64,000 bases of DNA from Sphaerodactylus townsendi (Eukaryota): contig NC_059426.1 of the NCBI RefSeq assembly GCF_021028975.2, positions 44,578,001 through 44,642,000 of the forward strand, in the 5' to 3' direction. Under the pieces are notes generated by a model, which was given only the letters and a program-made list of their open reading frames with translations, had not been told where the DNA came from and made no database searches. The translations under genes and the position numbers were made by a program. Positions 36,621 through 50,234 of the stretch are shown in pieces. Within the stretch, counting starts at the first letter, position 1; the number at the start of each line of letters is the position of its first letter.

Positions 36621-38133
36621 GGCTTTATATGACAAGGAGGCGGCATCGCGGTTGAAACAGATGTGCAGCCAAAATTTGAGCGTGGTAAGCCATGCTCTTG
36701 TCTCTAAAAGATGTTGCCCAGTTTCGAGACATATTCGCTGCCACAGGGAGAAAATGTGCTTGGGGAACTTTGTACACTGTTAAGCACTCAGAGAATTTTC
36801 CCACAACCTGCTGGGCAACCTGCACAGAATGGCAAGTAGGCAGATTTTCCCTGACAGTGGATGGCGTGGAACTTAAAATGAACAGGTGGAGTGGAGGTGT
36901 TAGGTCTCGAAACCTTCGGTCAATAAACAGACTCTGAAGTATTGATCAGTAGCATTTATTGAAGAGGTATCGAAGCACCACACTTGACAAAGCCAGTTCT
37001 GATGAAACTGGTATTCACAGTCCCCTTTATTCCCTGCTGGAAGCCCCCCTCCCATTTTCCCAAGAGTTTGTGAAAAACAGTCGTTGGAGCTGAGGCGCCC
37101 GAAGGTCAGCAGCAGATAGCAAGAGAGAGCCACAAGATAACAGATGTAATTATTTTCTCATGGGACAAAGGTACTAGGGAAAGCCTAGTTGTCTACAAAG
37201 CATGTGAAGCCATAAAGTAAAGATCAAGGAAAGAATGCACAGATGGCAGTGGTTACATATAGCCGGCTGGTTACATATATCTTTCTAGCAGCACTGATTT
37301 GTTGTCTTGAGCAGTTACATTGAATTGGGAATGCATCTCAATCACATAGATAACATCCCCTTGACAGGAGGGAAATAAAGAATCTCCTGCCTGTTGTGTT
37401 CATGCAGCAGGAATGCCTCCAACCTGGGATTGTGCAAAAGGATTGTTGGTTTAGCAAAATCCCAGGTTGAGGGGAATAAAATGGGCCAGATTTGTTTTAG
37501 GAATGGGACCTGTGTGAAGTCCCCTCCAAAATGGTTTATATAACATCATACACTTGTTATATTTGGCCTGTGTGGAACCCAGCTCTGTGATCTCTGTACT
37601 GTACAATCTGTTTTGAGATTTAGTGAGGAAGGTGGATTAAAAATAAGGTAAATAAACAGATTTTACAGTGCAAACTTAAAGAGAGTTATACCCTTCTAAA
37701 TCCTTTGAATCAATTAATTTGGAAGGGTGTAAGATTAGGCTCACAGTGTCAGTCTCAGGACTCTGCCTGCAACTTTTGCACATGTTCCAGAAGCAATCCC
37801 TATTCAGGTATTGGATCTGAATCCCTGAAGTGTAGTGTCGAGTTTAGGGACTGGTTGTTTTACTGTGATGTCTAAGCTGGACAGCTACTGGTTTAAGGCT
37901 AGGCAAAAAGGGCATGGTTGAGGTGGATCCTATTATTCATTACACTAACTGTAGACCATTCCTCTGGCAAAAGGTGAAAAAGGTTCCTTGTGCTGAAGGC
38001 AGCTTCCCTAAACTATAGCAGTGGTTCTTGATCTTCAATCTCCCACCCCTCACCAAGCATTTATTATTATCCTTGAATGCCCTGCCGACCATTTTGAAAA
38101 ATAGGACCGCACACAAAGCAAATTTATTTAACT

Positions 38134-38249
38134 GGTTGTGGTGGGTTTTCTGGGCTGTGTGGCCGTGGATCTTGTTCCTAATGTTTCGGCAGCATCTGTG
38201 GCTGGCATCTTCAGAGGTGTATCACAGAGGTAAGTCTGTTACACACTAC
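38134..38249. mobile_element. Penelope-like element terminal fragment
   Basis: gttcctaatgtttcggcagcatctgtggctggcatcttcagagg matches the Penelope terminal motif acgtttcg...catcttcag. Confidence 0.6.
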
Positions 38250-38257
38250 CCCAGAGT

Positions 38258-38649
38258 CAGTGGTGGGATCCAAACATTTTAGTAACAGGTTCCCATGGTG
38301 GTGGGATTCAAACTGTGGTGTAGCGCCAATGGGGATGGGCGGGGCACGACGGGGGCATGGCTGGGCATTCCTGGGGTGGGGCATTCCTGGGCGGGGCTGT
38401 GGCAAGGATGCAGCTGCTGCGCCGGTCCTTGGGCGGGAAACGAATGCACGCAGGCGCAGGCCGCCACGCACGCTGGTGCACCTCCTGCTAGACTGCTTCA
38501 AGTTCTGCGCACTACTGCTGAGAGGAGGGGCATAACTAAGGCAAAAATCACGTGGCAAAATCACCAATTAGTAACCCCCTCTCGGCACACACAAATAATT
38601 AGTAACCTACCCTTGGGAACCTGTGAGAACCTGCTGGATCCCACCTCTG
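38258..38649. mobile_element. hAT-type MITE (392 bp)
   Basis: TIR CAGTGGTGGGATCCA / TGGATCCCACCTCTG; exact 8-bp TSD CCCAGAGT. Confidence 0.92.
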
Positions 38650-41600
38650 CCCAGAGTCAGCGGTAGTTGGGTCAGGTGATGCAGAACTACCACTCCCATA
38701 AGACTATATGAAAATGTATGGGTATAAAATCCCTCCTTCCCTCCATTCTTCCTTTCCCTTTTTCTTGGTCTCTCTTTCTTTGATTCTTTCCATTTTTTCC
38801 TGCTAGACCTGTAAGACCTCCCCCTTATAAGAATTCTGTATCTCCATATAGGTGATAACTCCTCTTGTATTAGAGATTAATGCCACAAATTCTATTATGT
38901 ATTAGATTAGGATTTATGATTTTAATTATAATGTTTTTATGTTATTTATATTCTAACTCTATTAACTGCTGTTGGAGGCTGTCCCGAGCCCAGCTCTGCC
39001 AGGAAAGGGTGAGTATAAATCAAATAAACTAAACTAAACAATATTGATAACACAGATTTTGCCAACCTATAGTTTATTTGTAATCTGTGGCTTGTTCACC
39101 GTATATGTAGATGATTGGTTGCCAAGTGACATGTTGTGATGGCATGTTTGTTGTGGAGGCACTAGGACTCACACTGGGCTGTGTGAGGATGAGGGTGCCT
39201 CAAATTTAGCTGATTGCACTCCACTGTATTGTCTAGCTATGCAGAAAGTAATTCAACAAATGCCCAAGCTGTTAACAGACAAATTACTTAAGGAAATCTT
39301 GTCTTCCCGCTTGTGACTGGCCCACAGACCATGAGCCAAACCACCAGTTGCTCAAGCATCTCTAGAAAGGGTTCCTAAAATCCCAAATGCCCCACATATA
39401 TCACCCAAGTTCTGAAAGCTCACCAGAATTTATACATTACTTCTGAAGCACAGTGGTCCTTATTGAGAATCATGGCAACAGAGAAGTCTCTTCCCTACTT
39501 GGTGAGAAAGATTCAGATTCCAACACAATGATTCAACAGTCATGAGGGTATCTTAATACAAAATAATTTGTGAAACAGGAGGAACTGTGATTGGACTAAT
39601 AATGCTGTGTTACATGATACATTACTGGCATAATTTTCAAGATGTTTTAATGAACAGATGTGGATATTCTTATTTCCTTTGTTTATTTGCTTGAGAGTGT
39701 TACAAAGCACATATTTTAGACACCAAGAATAGCATTCATGTCACAGATCTCTTCAGTACCACTTCTTAATTGTTGTATTTAAATAATATTTGTTTTATCA
39801 TTTTTTTACTAGCCATATTAACAACAGCTTTATTTTACTTGAGAATAACAACATACTTAGAAAAGCTACTTGATTATAGCAGGTAGCCATTCTTAGTAGA
39901 GAAGGAAAAAAGAGATTACAAATTTTAAAAAATCAGTGACATTTTTTATTGTTAGTATGCAGGACCTCTTTAGAAAAGAGTAAAATACAAGCCACCCACA
40001 CCCCCAAAAAAGACAACTGTCATTAATAAAACCCCTGCTCATTTTGAAAAAGTTGCCCTTTGGAAATTCAGCAACCTACCCAAACATTAAAACAAAGGCA
40101 TGCAGAGATCTATTTACAGCAATATATTTTTCACCATTATTGTGACATTGTGCATGTATAGAACATGCCTTTTTTCAGGGTTAATTTTGAAGCCTTTCAT
40201 ATCCACAGCTGGTCATGCTCCTAAAGAAAACTTTACTTCTCAGCAAAGCCACTGTCTCCTAATCACTTACTGCAGTCAGATCCAGTGAGGTCAATGAGAA
40301 TCCTCTGGAGTAACAGGTCTGAGGATTGCATATGAACCCTTCAAGGAATATTCTGCACGTAAGTATATCCATTTCTTCTTTTCCTTGCTTGCCAATTATC
40401 AGTGTACACTACATAGCTGTCACTGTCCTAACTACCTTGCAGCCATCAGATGAAAAGCTTTCTATGCTATGCTGTTCTATTCATCAGGAAGCCGGCAAAA
40501 ACATGGTTTGTATAGCCTCCTGTGAGAGGCCCTCCTACTCAATTGATTTTTGGTCCCTAATGAACCACAGGCTGATGGACAATTATTCATCTTGCTGAGA
40601 CATATGGGACTTTTAAAGCTATGGTACTTGGGATCTTGTAAAACTGTATGCCTTCCAATTTAATATTAGCAATCATTTTTGACTCAAGAAGCCTCATAAC
40701 AATAACGCTGTTAAACATCAAGCAGAATAGCCCAGTAATGGTCAAAGTGACTTTTGTTTCCAGCTTGGGCTTTCTACTGTCTGTAGGCAGAAAGGCATGT
40801 AAGAGCAAAGTTTAACAATTTGCACAGCAAACGTTTCGGTTCAGAAGGGGGGGGGGGGCTACTATTGTTGTATCCTGCAAATAAAGATTTTTTTTGTTAA
40901 AATAACAGGGAAATAATGCAGGAAATAACTTAAATGGATATAATTTCAAATGAAAAAAGTTTCTAGCCATTAAACTGCATTAACAACTTAATCCACAAAT
41001 CAATTAGAATGGATTTAAATCCATTTAGTCCCATTACATCCATATACTATTGCTTAATAGGTTCATCAGCTGGGCAGTATTGCTCCTTTGATTGGCTCCG
41101 TAACTTAGCTAAGATTGGAACGTTATAGTTTACTGTAAAATGTGTTAAAATTATCTCATTTATGAACTAAGGAGGTTTCATGTGTTTATAGGGAAAATGT
41201 ATTTCTCTGTGTCTGCTCACCAATAATTGGAAGGGCTAGAAGTAGAGGTCTGCTAGGCAATGTCATGGAGTTGAGTTAAACCATGTTACTTACTATGCTT
41301 TTAATTTTATAGCAGGAGACATAAGCTCATCTTTTTCGTCAGCCCATTACAGAACGTTGCTTTGGGTTCTGCAATGTCTTCAGTCCATACCATGAAGAGC
41401 TGCATACAGATGTGCACATCGCATCTGCTATCAGGATATAGTTAACTTTTAGCATTTACTGCTGCAGGACAGAATGACAGCTGCTGGTTTAATTACATTT
41501 AATGGGGAATTAAAGCAAATTCATAGAGTATGGGTGGTTATCAGCCATGGTGACTAAACAGAACCCCTCTAAATACCAGTGATGGAGACTACAACAGGGA

Positions 41601-42169
41601 AAGGTTTCTGAATCCTGGCCGTAGACCTCCCAAGAACATGTGACTGCCTTATGTGAACAGAATGCTGGACTAAATGCACGTCTGATCAGATACAGCAAGG
41701 ATATGTTCTGATGCTAATATACCTACTCAAAATAAGAGTCTTTAGCATGTTAAAATACACATGTAAATCTGCCTGGAATGCTGGGACATTTTTAATGTGA
41801 GCTGATATATGATATATGCTATGTTTTTCAGAGGCAGGGAAGGAAACTGGAAGGTATACAACATAGATGGAACTTTAGTTCTCAGTGTAAATACTAATGA
41901 TGCTACTAGAATTTAGAGTTAGAGTTAGAGTTCCCAATTAGAGTTCCCAATATACCTGCTGTTGTGTGGGATGGTAGTAATCTGCTGCTCTCCTGTTTTT
42001 AATTTCCAATCATTGTTCAGACCACTATGGATATACAGTTTGCTTCATTTTTAAATTTGTAGTTTTTTACCCTCCAGATTACCAGTGCAAAGAAGTGCAA
42101 ATATACATTCATAAACAGCAACATACAATGCTTTCTTGATTTGTTTGTTCACTTTATTTGTACTCTACT

Positions 42170-42372
42170 TATTTACCCAATGAGAACCCATCATTTATAT
42201 CATTTTTCTTCCTTCCATTTTAATCTCACAGCAACCCTGTGGAGGTAGGTTAGGCTGAGCCTGAGTGACTGGCTCCAGGTAATCTAACTAGCTTCTATGG
42301 AAGAGAGGAGTTTCAAGAATGTGTCTCTCAGATCCTAGCCTAGCATTCTAACCATCATACCATACTGGTTCT
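42170..42372 (-). mobile_element. tRNA-derived SINE (Squam2/MIR-like)
   Basis: ctcacagcaaccctgtggaggtaggttaggctgag...gagtgactggc...ctaaccatcataccatactggttct; a second fragment lies at ~42560-42720. Confidence 0.65.
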
Positions 42373-43380
42373 CACACCATACCGACTGTCATAATTACTT
42401 GGCAAGATTTTTTCTGCCACAGGTATGAATAGATTAAATCACTGTGCAAAAAGTACTGTGTGAGTGTTCAATACCCTTGTTTGCCATTCTGCATTGGTAA
42501 AGAAAACGACAACTTGCATTTTGTTTGCTACTCTAGTGGGAATGGAATGTTGTGCCTCACTTTCCCATGAAGTTTTTTCCTGTCCTATTTCCAGGAACCT
42601 CAGAGTGGTATTCAGGGTTCTCTTCTCCTTTACCTGTGATAGGTTAGGCTGAGAGAGAAAGAGGGAGCCCTGTGTGAGGCAACCCAAAATTGTTATGGGT
42701 GATGAAGCTGAGAAGTGGTAGCTCAACTTTTCTTTTGATCAAAGTTGTGAACCTTACGTTGGTTTCAGCTGCGTAAAGATTAGGCTACTGTAAGCCATCT
42801 AAGGATCACTGCCTGAGAATTCACAAGATAAAGGTTATGCTGCCTGGATATCAAGCCAGCATAGATATAAAAGAACAAAAAAGAGGGGGAGGGATTCCTT
42901 AATCCATCTGTCCCTCTTACCCTGATTAAGGCACAACATTCTGGTTGACATTTAGTCCGTGAGGACTTCATTGCATAAATTAAAGAAGTCCTGAGGTTGC
43001 TTTCATAGTTACAACAGGCAGTGCAATTCTTCATTCAGCGGACAGAAAAGCAGACAGATGAGGGACAGATTTCTGTCATTCTGTGCTGTAGAGTTTGGTG
43101 TGGGTTGCTCTGGAGGGTATTCATATAATACTTCCTGTGTAACATGTTATGTACCCCTTCCACCCCACATCTCAGATCACGCATCCAAGCTGGGATATTT
43201 ATAAATACAATATATATGTGAGACATATTTCTGAGTTATATTAAGGCTAACAAATAGATATGGTGTGGTGCAGGATAAAATAGGCTAACTGCAAGCCTAA
43301 GAAATAGCAAACAGTCAGTAGAAAATAAATCTACTCATTTGCTCCTTGATGTCCACACCCAGAGCTACAGTCAATAGAGT

Positions 43381-44240
43381 TGTAAATGTGAACTATTCCT
43401 TGCTTGAATTGAGATGCTGCAACCTTCCTTCCCTTCAGCTGTTCCTAAAAGCTCCTAAGTGCTCCCATTCCTGATTTAATCTCGCTGCCTCAGCTAAATT
43501 ACAATAGCCAGAGACTCGCTCTTCCGACCACCTATTCAAGGTGTTGCTAATGTAATCAAGGAAACGATTGGCTACCAACCCCTGGGTTTAGGACAATAGA
43601 TAGAGCTGCTGATTAGCTCAGCCCCTGCAATCCAGCACAGCTGTAAGAAATGAAACCTAATGCAAAGGGTCTCTTTTCCTGCCAAACTAGCGATCCACCC
43701 TATAAAAGCCCTGCTCACCTTAAGCTCATTGCTCACTTCCAACTTGAACCTCCCTTGGTCAAGTTGGTGTGAGACACGATATCGTCCTTCTAAGGGATCT
43801 CTGTGCTGGCATAGAGTCCCTGCCTTCTACTTCGTCTGCTGCATTGGAACCATTAGGTAACGTATCACCCTGCTGCCTCCCAATTCCCTCTCTATCATCC
43901 AAACCTATTTTTCTCACCTTTTTATATCTCTAGGAACTTGTGTGTATGTGCCTACATATCTTCCTGTATGTGTGTTTGAAACCAAATTTATATAAACATT
44001 TTAAACTTGATTTGGACTCCTTGTGTTACTCTGTGAAACGCTCCTTGCCATATTTCCCCGTATACATAGTCTAAAAGATCCCCTCCCAGTCTGCCTCTCG
44101 CATCGCCATTTCCCCAAAGCATTGTCAAGCCGAGTTATTTTTCCCATCGCTATTCTAAAGATATTTGTGTGCTGTTACACTCTTAGCAGCTGGTGGAGAT
44201 TCCTTAAAAATACGTTTATAACCTGTTAAGCTGGGTAACA
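43381..44240 (+). mobile_element. Probable solo LTR (Gypsy/ERV-like)
   Basis: Begins TGT and ends AACA; TATAAAA at 43701; CT-rich and (TG)-rich R/U5-like segment; no TSD found, so boundaries are approximate. Confidence 0.5.
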
Positions 44241-44425
44241 AACATCTAAAGAAATTTACATAGAGAAAATACATAAACATGTAGTCTTTTTCACCATCCT
44301 TAGTTGTGATTGGCTGAGCTGGAATATTCCACTAAAATTTTTCAGGACTATAAAGATAGTATTCTAGAAAAGCTGGCCAATCAAATTGCAGAATATTGAA
44401 AAAGTCAAAATGGAACAAAATATTG

Positions 44426-44678
44426 TTATGATTTACTTTAGCTATAAGGCACTATAATTATTGGTGCTCAGGCAACAAGAGGTACAGGATGGCCCGCCCT
44501 GCCCATGTAAGGCCACAGCCCAGCCTCCTCCAGGCACATCACTTGTTTGCACTGGCAGTTGGACAGGCCAGCCCCACGCAAGTCTGGATGCCAGAGCTGA
44601 GCCTGCCCCACCCCCGGGCAGCAATGGCAGTCAAGGTAAATCTCAGCCGCTCTTTATGATTTACTTTAGCTATAAGGC
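44426..44678. repeat. Exact 25-bp direct repeat flanking a 203-bp GC-rich insert
   Basis: TTATGATTTACTTTAGCTATAAGGC at 44426-44450 and 44654-44678. Confidence 0.92.
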
Positions 44679-45551
44679 GCTCGCATCCTCATGATGAGAA
44701 GATGAAAATAATATGGCTAAACCTTCCTGGCAATAATATTATCAAGGAGAGAAAATGATAACAAACTACCCATTCATTGAACTGTAATTTCAGAAGGATG
44801 CTGCAGAAGGGTCAAGGACATTTTTACAGCTTTACGGCTAAAACTGAACTTTGTCAATGTTGTATCTATAAACGTTCATTTTTTTAAAAAAGAAAAACAG
44901 TAGCCCTCTTCACATGTGGCATTACTTTATCTGGTAGAAATATACTTAACATATTAATATTTATTACCCCAGTGAAAGCTTCAGTACAGAGAACAGTTAT
45001 TCTATCCTGATCCACAAAATATTATGGGTCTCCACTGTAATAGAAACTTAGGATTTCAGCCACTATTTGTATCTTTGATCCATATTTCTACTTGTTAGGA
45101 AGTGAAAAGAGCATGTGAGTTCATCACAAGTGCAGGTATTCCAGCATTGTTATGGAGAGATAAATTTCTTTAAAAGAGGGGTTGCTCTTTCATTTCATCT
45201 CCTCAGCCCTTGCAGTTTGTCATGTCATATACCATAGGTGGTGCTCTTGCAGGAGGATAGGAAGACTTGGCAAGAGTTTACCTGCCACTGAGTATCTACA
45301 AAGGAAAATTATAAAATTTAGCAAAACTTCCTTTCCCATCCCTCCTTTTGCTGAATTTCTCTTAGATCAAAACAGAGATATTATAAACAGTCTCCAAATT
45401 CCCCAAAAGCAGAGGTATTATAAACAGTCTCCAAATTTCCCAAATTCCCCCAAAGCAGAAAATAAAATAATTGTTGGTTTTCAGGGAGAAATTGGGTGAA
45501 AAGGAGTGAAGGAAATTTCTTTCAAACATTAACAGGGCACTGTATTCTACA

Positions 45552-45705
45552 CAATGGTGTAGCGCCAAGGGGAGGGGGGTGAGACACCCCAGGCACGTGC
45601 CAGGGTGGGGGGCATGGCCAGGGCATGGAGGGGGCAGGAGGTGTCAAGGCAGGGGCGCAGGGTGTGTGCGTGCCCCAGCTGCAGTTCCCCCTCGCTCTGC
45701 CCCAG
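45552..45705. mobile_element. hAT-type MITE (154 bp)
   Basis: Ends caatggtgtagcg / cgctctgccccag; TSD attctaca/attctacc. Confidence 0.7.
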
Positions 45706-45949
45706 ATTCTACCCTACTACTTCAACACATGTATGATACTAGAAGTTAAGCCAACTGTAGTAAACAATACAGCGGGCTCTAAACAGCTATTGTTGGCAGG
45801 CACAGCAACAATGCAATATATAGTTTCCCCTCCTTTTTATTTTAGAAGATGTGTCTTCAAATCTTCATAGACTCGATATGAGAACCCTGTTGATTCTCAT
45901 GCCAAGTCTGTGAAGCTTCTAAGACATGTCCTCTAACATTAAAAAAGGG

Positions 45950-46430
45950 ACTGATCCTGAATGCTGGACTGAGCACACTCTCCTTCCCCCACCTCTCGTC
46001 CCAAGGCCCGCAGCTCTTGGGAAGGGAAGGGGGCATGAAACTGCAGCTGGACTGAACAGTCTCAGTCCAGCACCCAGGATCAGGTTTTCCTCCAGTCCCC
46101 CCCACTTCTTATCCCAAGGCCAGCAGCTCTTAAGAAGGGACGTGGTGAGCACAATTCTGCATGCTGGACTGTGTGCACTTACATCAACACCAAGGATCAT
46201 GCTCTCCTTTCCCCCACCTCTCATCCCAAGGCCCTCAGCTCTTGGGAAGGGGGTTTAGGGGCATGATAGTGAGTGTTTGACTGAGCACGCTCCATTCAGC
46301 ACCTAAAATAGGACTCTCCTTTTCCCCCACCTCATATCCTAAGGCCCGCAGCTCTTGGGAAGGGTGGTGGGGGCATGATCCTGCATGCTGGACTGAACAC
46401 ATGCTCAGACCAGCACCCAGACCTTCATTT
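45950..46430. repeat. Tandem array, ~113-bp unit, about 4 copies
   Basis: Anchor cc(c/t)aaggcc..cagctcttgggaaggg at 46000, 46113, 46225 and 46338. Confidence 0.85.
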
Positions 46431-48681
46431 TTAAGGAGGGGGGGGGGTGCAACTCCATCCAAAACAGTGAATTATCCATTTTCTGAGAAAAGATGCTGAA
46501 TTAGGTGGTCCACTGGTCTGATCCAGCAAGGCTTTTCTTATATTCTTAAGTCTTACTTCAGCAATTAAGCTAACCTTTGACCAATCACATGCCCACAACT
46601 TAACATACCTCGCAGGTCTGCAGAGAAAATAAAAAACAGAGAAAATCACACAGGCTGATTTGAATTTGTTGGAGGAACAGCAAGGTTAAAAAAAATGTTA
46701 AATACATATCTATTTACAGTAGTGTTAATTTAAGATCTGGATTTTGGTATTTTAGTGGATCTTGTTGGACAGATCCACAAGATATGGATCTTGTTGGACA
46801 GCTACTGTGAAGCCAAGAACTAGGAGGCGGCCTCTTCAGATTGGTGAACAAACCTTATTCAGAAGCTCTGTAGAGACCAGGAATATCACCTGACTTACTC
46901 TGTTCCATTGATGTAAGGATGTTTTCTTAGCTTGTTCAGCTAACTTCCTCTCCCTTTAGTCCTCTATATAGTCTTTCCTGGAAGCACGCAGGCAGAATCC
47001 TTGTCTCCCATTCCTGAGGTCTTCAGTTTAAGATGTGTTGCCAGGCAGTCTCTAAACTAGAACCTATCCTGAGTTCTTGAATTTTTAAGGAAAGCAAATT
47101 TTGCATTAGCAGAGGGAACATGTTTGATTACCATCAATGCTTTTTTTTCAAATGACATGAGTTTGACAATTCTCTAAGATTTCCCAGTTTTATCTGCTTT
47201 AAATCCAGATCTTTTTGTTCTCCAGCAAATATTAATGAGACAGTGATTTTGGTTAAGCATTTTCTCGGGGTATATAGATACTGGTTCTTTTTTGTACCAT
47301 ATTTCATTGATACTAATTGGAAGCAAATAACCTTCCTGATGTGTAAATATCAAGAAACACGGCATACCTTTTATTCTTCTTCCCCTTGAACAACAGTTTT
47401 CATAAAGGAGGAGGCCTTAAAGTCCAACCTGAAGATTGTTGGGAAGCTGAGCTATACCTAAGTACTAAAAACTACCAATGCCTGAAAACAAGAAGTATTC
47501 CGAATTTTGATCTTCTGTGGTCTCAACTGGCAAGAAACAAGATTATATTAATTTTAGAAAGTATGAGCTTTGGGCACTGACTTTCATTGGCTAAGATGTT
47601 AATATTTTATGGGAGCCTAAAGCATGCCCAATTAAAGCAAGATCAGAAACATCCACAAGTATATTCAAAGACAAGCATTGCAGTTTTCGACAGCACCATA
47701 AATTCATATGCCAAAAAAGCTACAGCAAAATAACATTAAGGCCCTGGCAAGGGGGGAAGAGGGCCAAAAATGTCATTTCTTTGTACTCCGCCAAGCCCTG
47801 TGGTATGCTGAAAAAGCATTGCCACTAATCTCATAAAAAAAGAAAATTACTGCCAGAAAGGCACAGGAACAACAGATGCAAAACTGGCTGAGAACACCTG
47901 GGTAAAAAAAAAAAGGGCAGGCCTAAGTGTTGAATCTTCACACTTTTTGCTGGTGATAAACTAAATTTCTTGCTCTCTCCTGCCTTTCTGGCTCTCAGCG
48001 GTAGCAAAATTACTTAACTTTGACTTAATTAAAGGTCAAACAGGTAAGTGGAGAAAACAGAAATATCTTCCTGCCCTTCCAAGTCATCTCCTCAGTGCAA
48101 CTTCAGCTGGTTTATCACAGACTAACCTCTTTTTGTGATTACCTGTCTCCAGTGCTCTCTTTGGCCTTGGTCTGTCTATCACCAGTTGCTGGATTCCCTC
48201 CTCCCTTGTCCTTTCAGATAACTCTTTTCTCATCTTAATTTATGGAGGTCTAACACTCTTAGAAAGTTAAGCTGTTTCCAAAGACCAGTAAGTAAGTATG
48301 GACGGAGGAGGTGGTATACACTCAAGGTACTGAAAAATATATAGCTGCAAATATTTATGCTAGAGTTGTGCTGCTAAAACCATTGTGTACTGCAAGTTTT
48401 TCTCTCTCTTTCTTAGTGGTTCCATGAAGTTTGGAAATTAACAGGCCTCTAATATGAATTTCTCAATGTTTAATTTATAATCAAAAATGATGCGTCTTTG
48501 AGATTGTGTATCATATTTGTATATGCAAAGTTGGAATTTACCACATCAGTCTGCCAAGCCAATAGGTGCTGTGGGTTCATGCTCAGGATTACATTAACTC
48601 CTTGCTGGATCTCAATAAAGCAGTCTTAGTTGGTAAAGCTGACTTGCGCTTTTTTATTTTTTTGAAAATGTAAATATTACT

Positions 48682-48830
48682 GGGGCCCTGGTTAGTAATC
48701 CAGTGGAAGACTACACAGGGATACCAGGGTTGTTATGTAGAGGAGGTCAATGGCAAACCATCCACGTTGGTCTCTTGCCTTGAAAATCCTATGGGGTTGT
48801 GTGGGTTGGCTGTCACAACAACACTTCATG
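48682..48830 (+). mobile_element. 5S/Sauria-type SINE fragment
   Basis: ccctggttagta...ggaagac..ggatacca (5S-like) followed by aatggcaaacca...tcttgccttgaaaatcctatgggg (Sauria/BovB-like tail). Confidence 0.65.
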
Positions 48831-50234
48831 CACAAATGCTACTGGTGGTTCTGCTCCTTCCTCTTCCATGATTCATGATGGCACATGGGGGACGGTAGGC
48901 AAAAGTCAGACCTCTCTTCTTTCCAGTTATTGAACTACAATGGAAAATAGGAAAGGAAGGAAATTCTCTGTGGTCAGAACTGTACCGACTTCCTGTATTG
49001 GGGTCCATCAAGCCATGATCTGGACAAAACTGATGCCTATGGGTTCTTGGTTTTAAATTCTAATGTGTCTTCTTACCAGCATGTAAGAAATGTGTCTGAG
49101 ATACTTGGAACAAGTACAAAAGTGAAGTAGCTGTACCATGTCTCATCAGCCAGTTTACTCTCATGTAGAGAATGAAAAAGATAAAAAACGATGTATACTA
49201 AAGCAAAAATTTGGGCTATTTTCAAGTGACTATCACAGCTTAAATACTACTTTAGCCTCTCTGGTCTCATAGGTTATAATTTCCTGTTATCTGGGTAAGG
49301 ATGTTTTAAACAGCTTTTTGTAGATGATTAGGTATTTGCTGATCATTCAGGACAATTTACAAAGATAAATATATGTTAAATGGTTTTCTTGTTAAACCCA
49401 ATGTAGAAGTAACCCCTCGAGGCCAGCTAGTAATTACTCCTAATAACAAATTAAAGCATTACCTACTTCTTTTTCCGTTTTTCATTTTGAAGGGGAAATT
49501 ACCTTACAGAACTGAACACACTCAAAACTGCAGATTCATAATTTTTTGATAAAAACCGCTTATTTCTTCTTTTTTAGCAACTGAAGGCAAAAGAATGAGC
49601 ATATTGAAAGGGATGGGCTACATACCTTTTATTTTTGCACTCTATTCAACTTCTAATGACCTTATGAAGAAGCCACTGGTATGGTTATCCAAGAGTGGAA
49701 AGGTTGAGTGCACTGAAAAGGGAGAGAAAATAAATCAATTATTATGTTTGTGCCGGGGTGGGGGGAATGTAAAGGAATAAAATGATATTTTTAAAAAACA
49801 AAAAAAGTTTAGTACTGATTTAAAATTGAAGTTGGATGCTGGGAACCTATTTAAACTAAACTGACGGTCGTATTTCTTAATGGAATTCTATTTGGGCTTT
49901 TCATTCCTGTACCACTGTACATATTGGATTTTACATTCCTGTTACCATTGCACATATCAGAACTGGCAATCCCTACTAAGTACACATAACAGATTAGGTT
50001 CTTTGATACCACTGTGGTAACACCCTGATAAGTATTTCCATTCTACCAGGAGGTAAAAAAAATCCTCAGCTAATCTAGGTCCCAAGTTACTAGATTATTT
50101 CCAGTGGTCAGGCACATTTGTCTATTAACCTGCACCATTCATAAATGGTGCCTCAGAAACCCCATGCAGAGAAACATTCCCTCGTCATCAAATTATACCA
50201 CTTTCTGAGGCAAAATCTCCTAAGGTTTAAGATA

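Noticed and set aside
45950-46430. CRISPR-like array
   Set aside because: Eukaryotic context, whole units are homologous with no unique spacers, and there are no cas genes.
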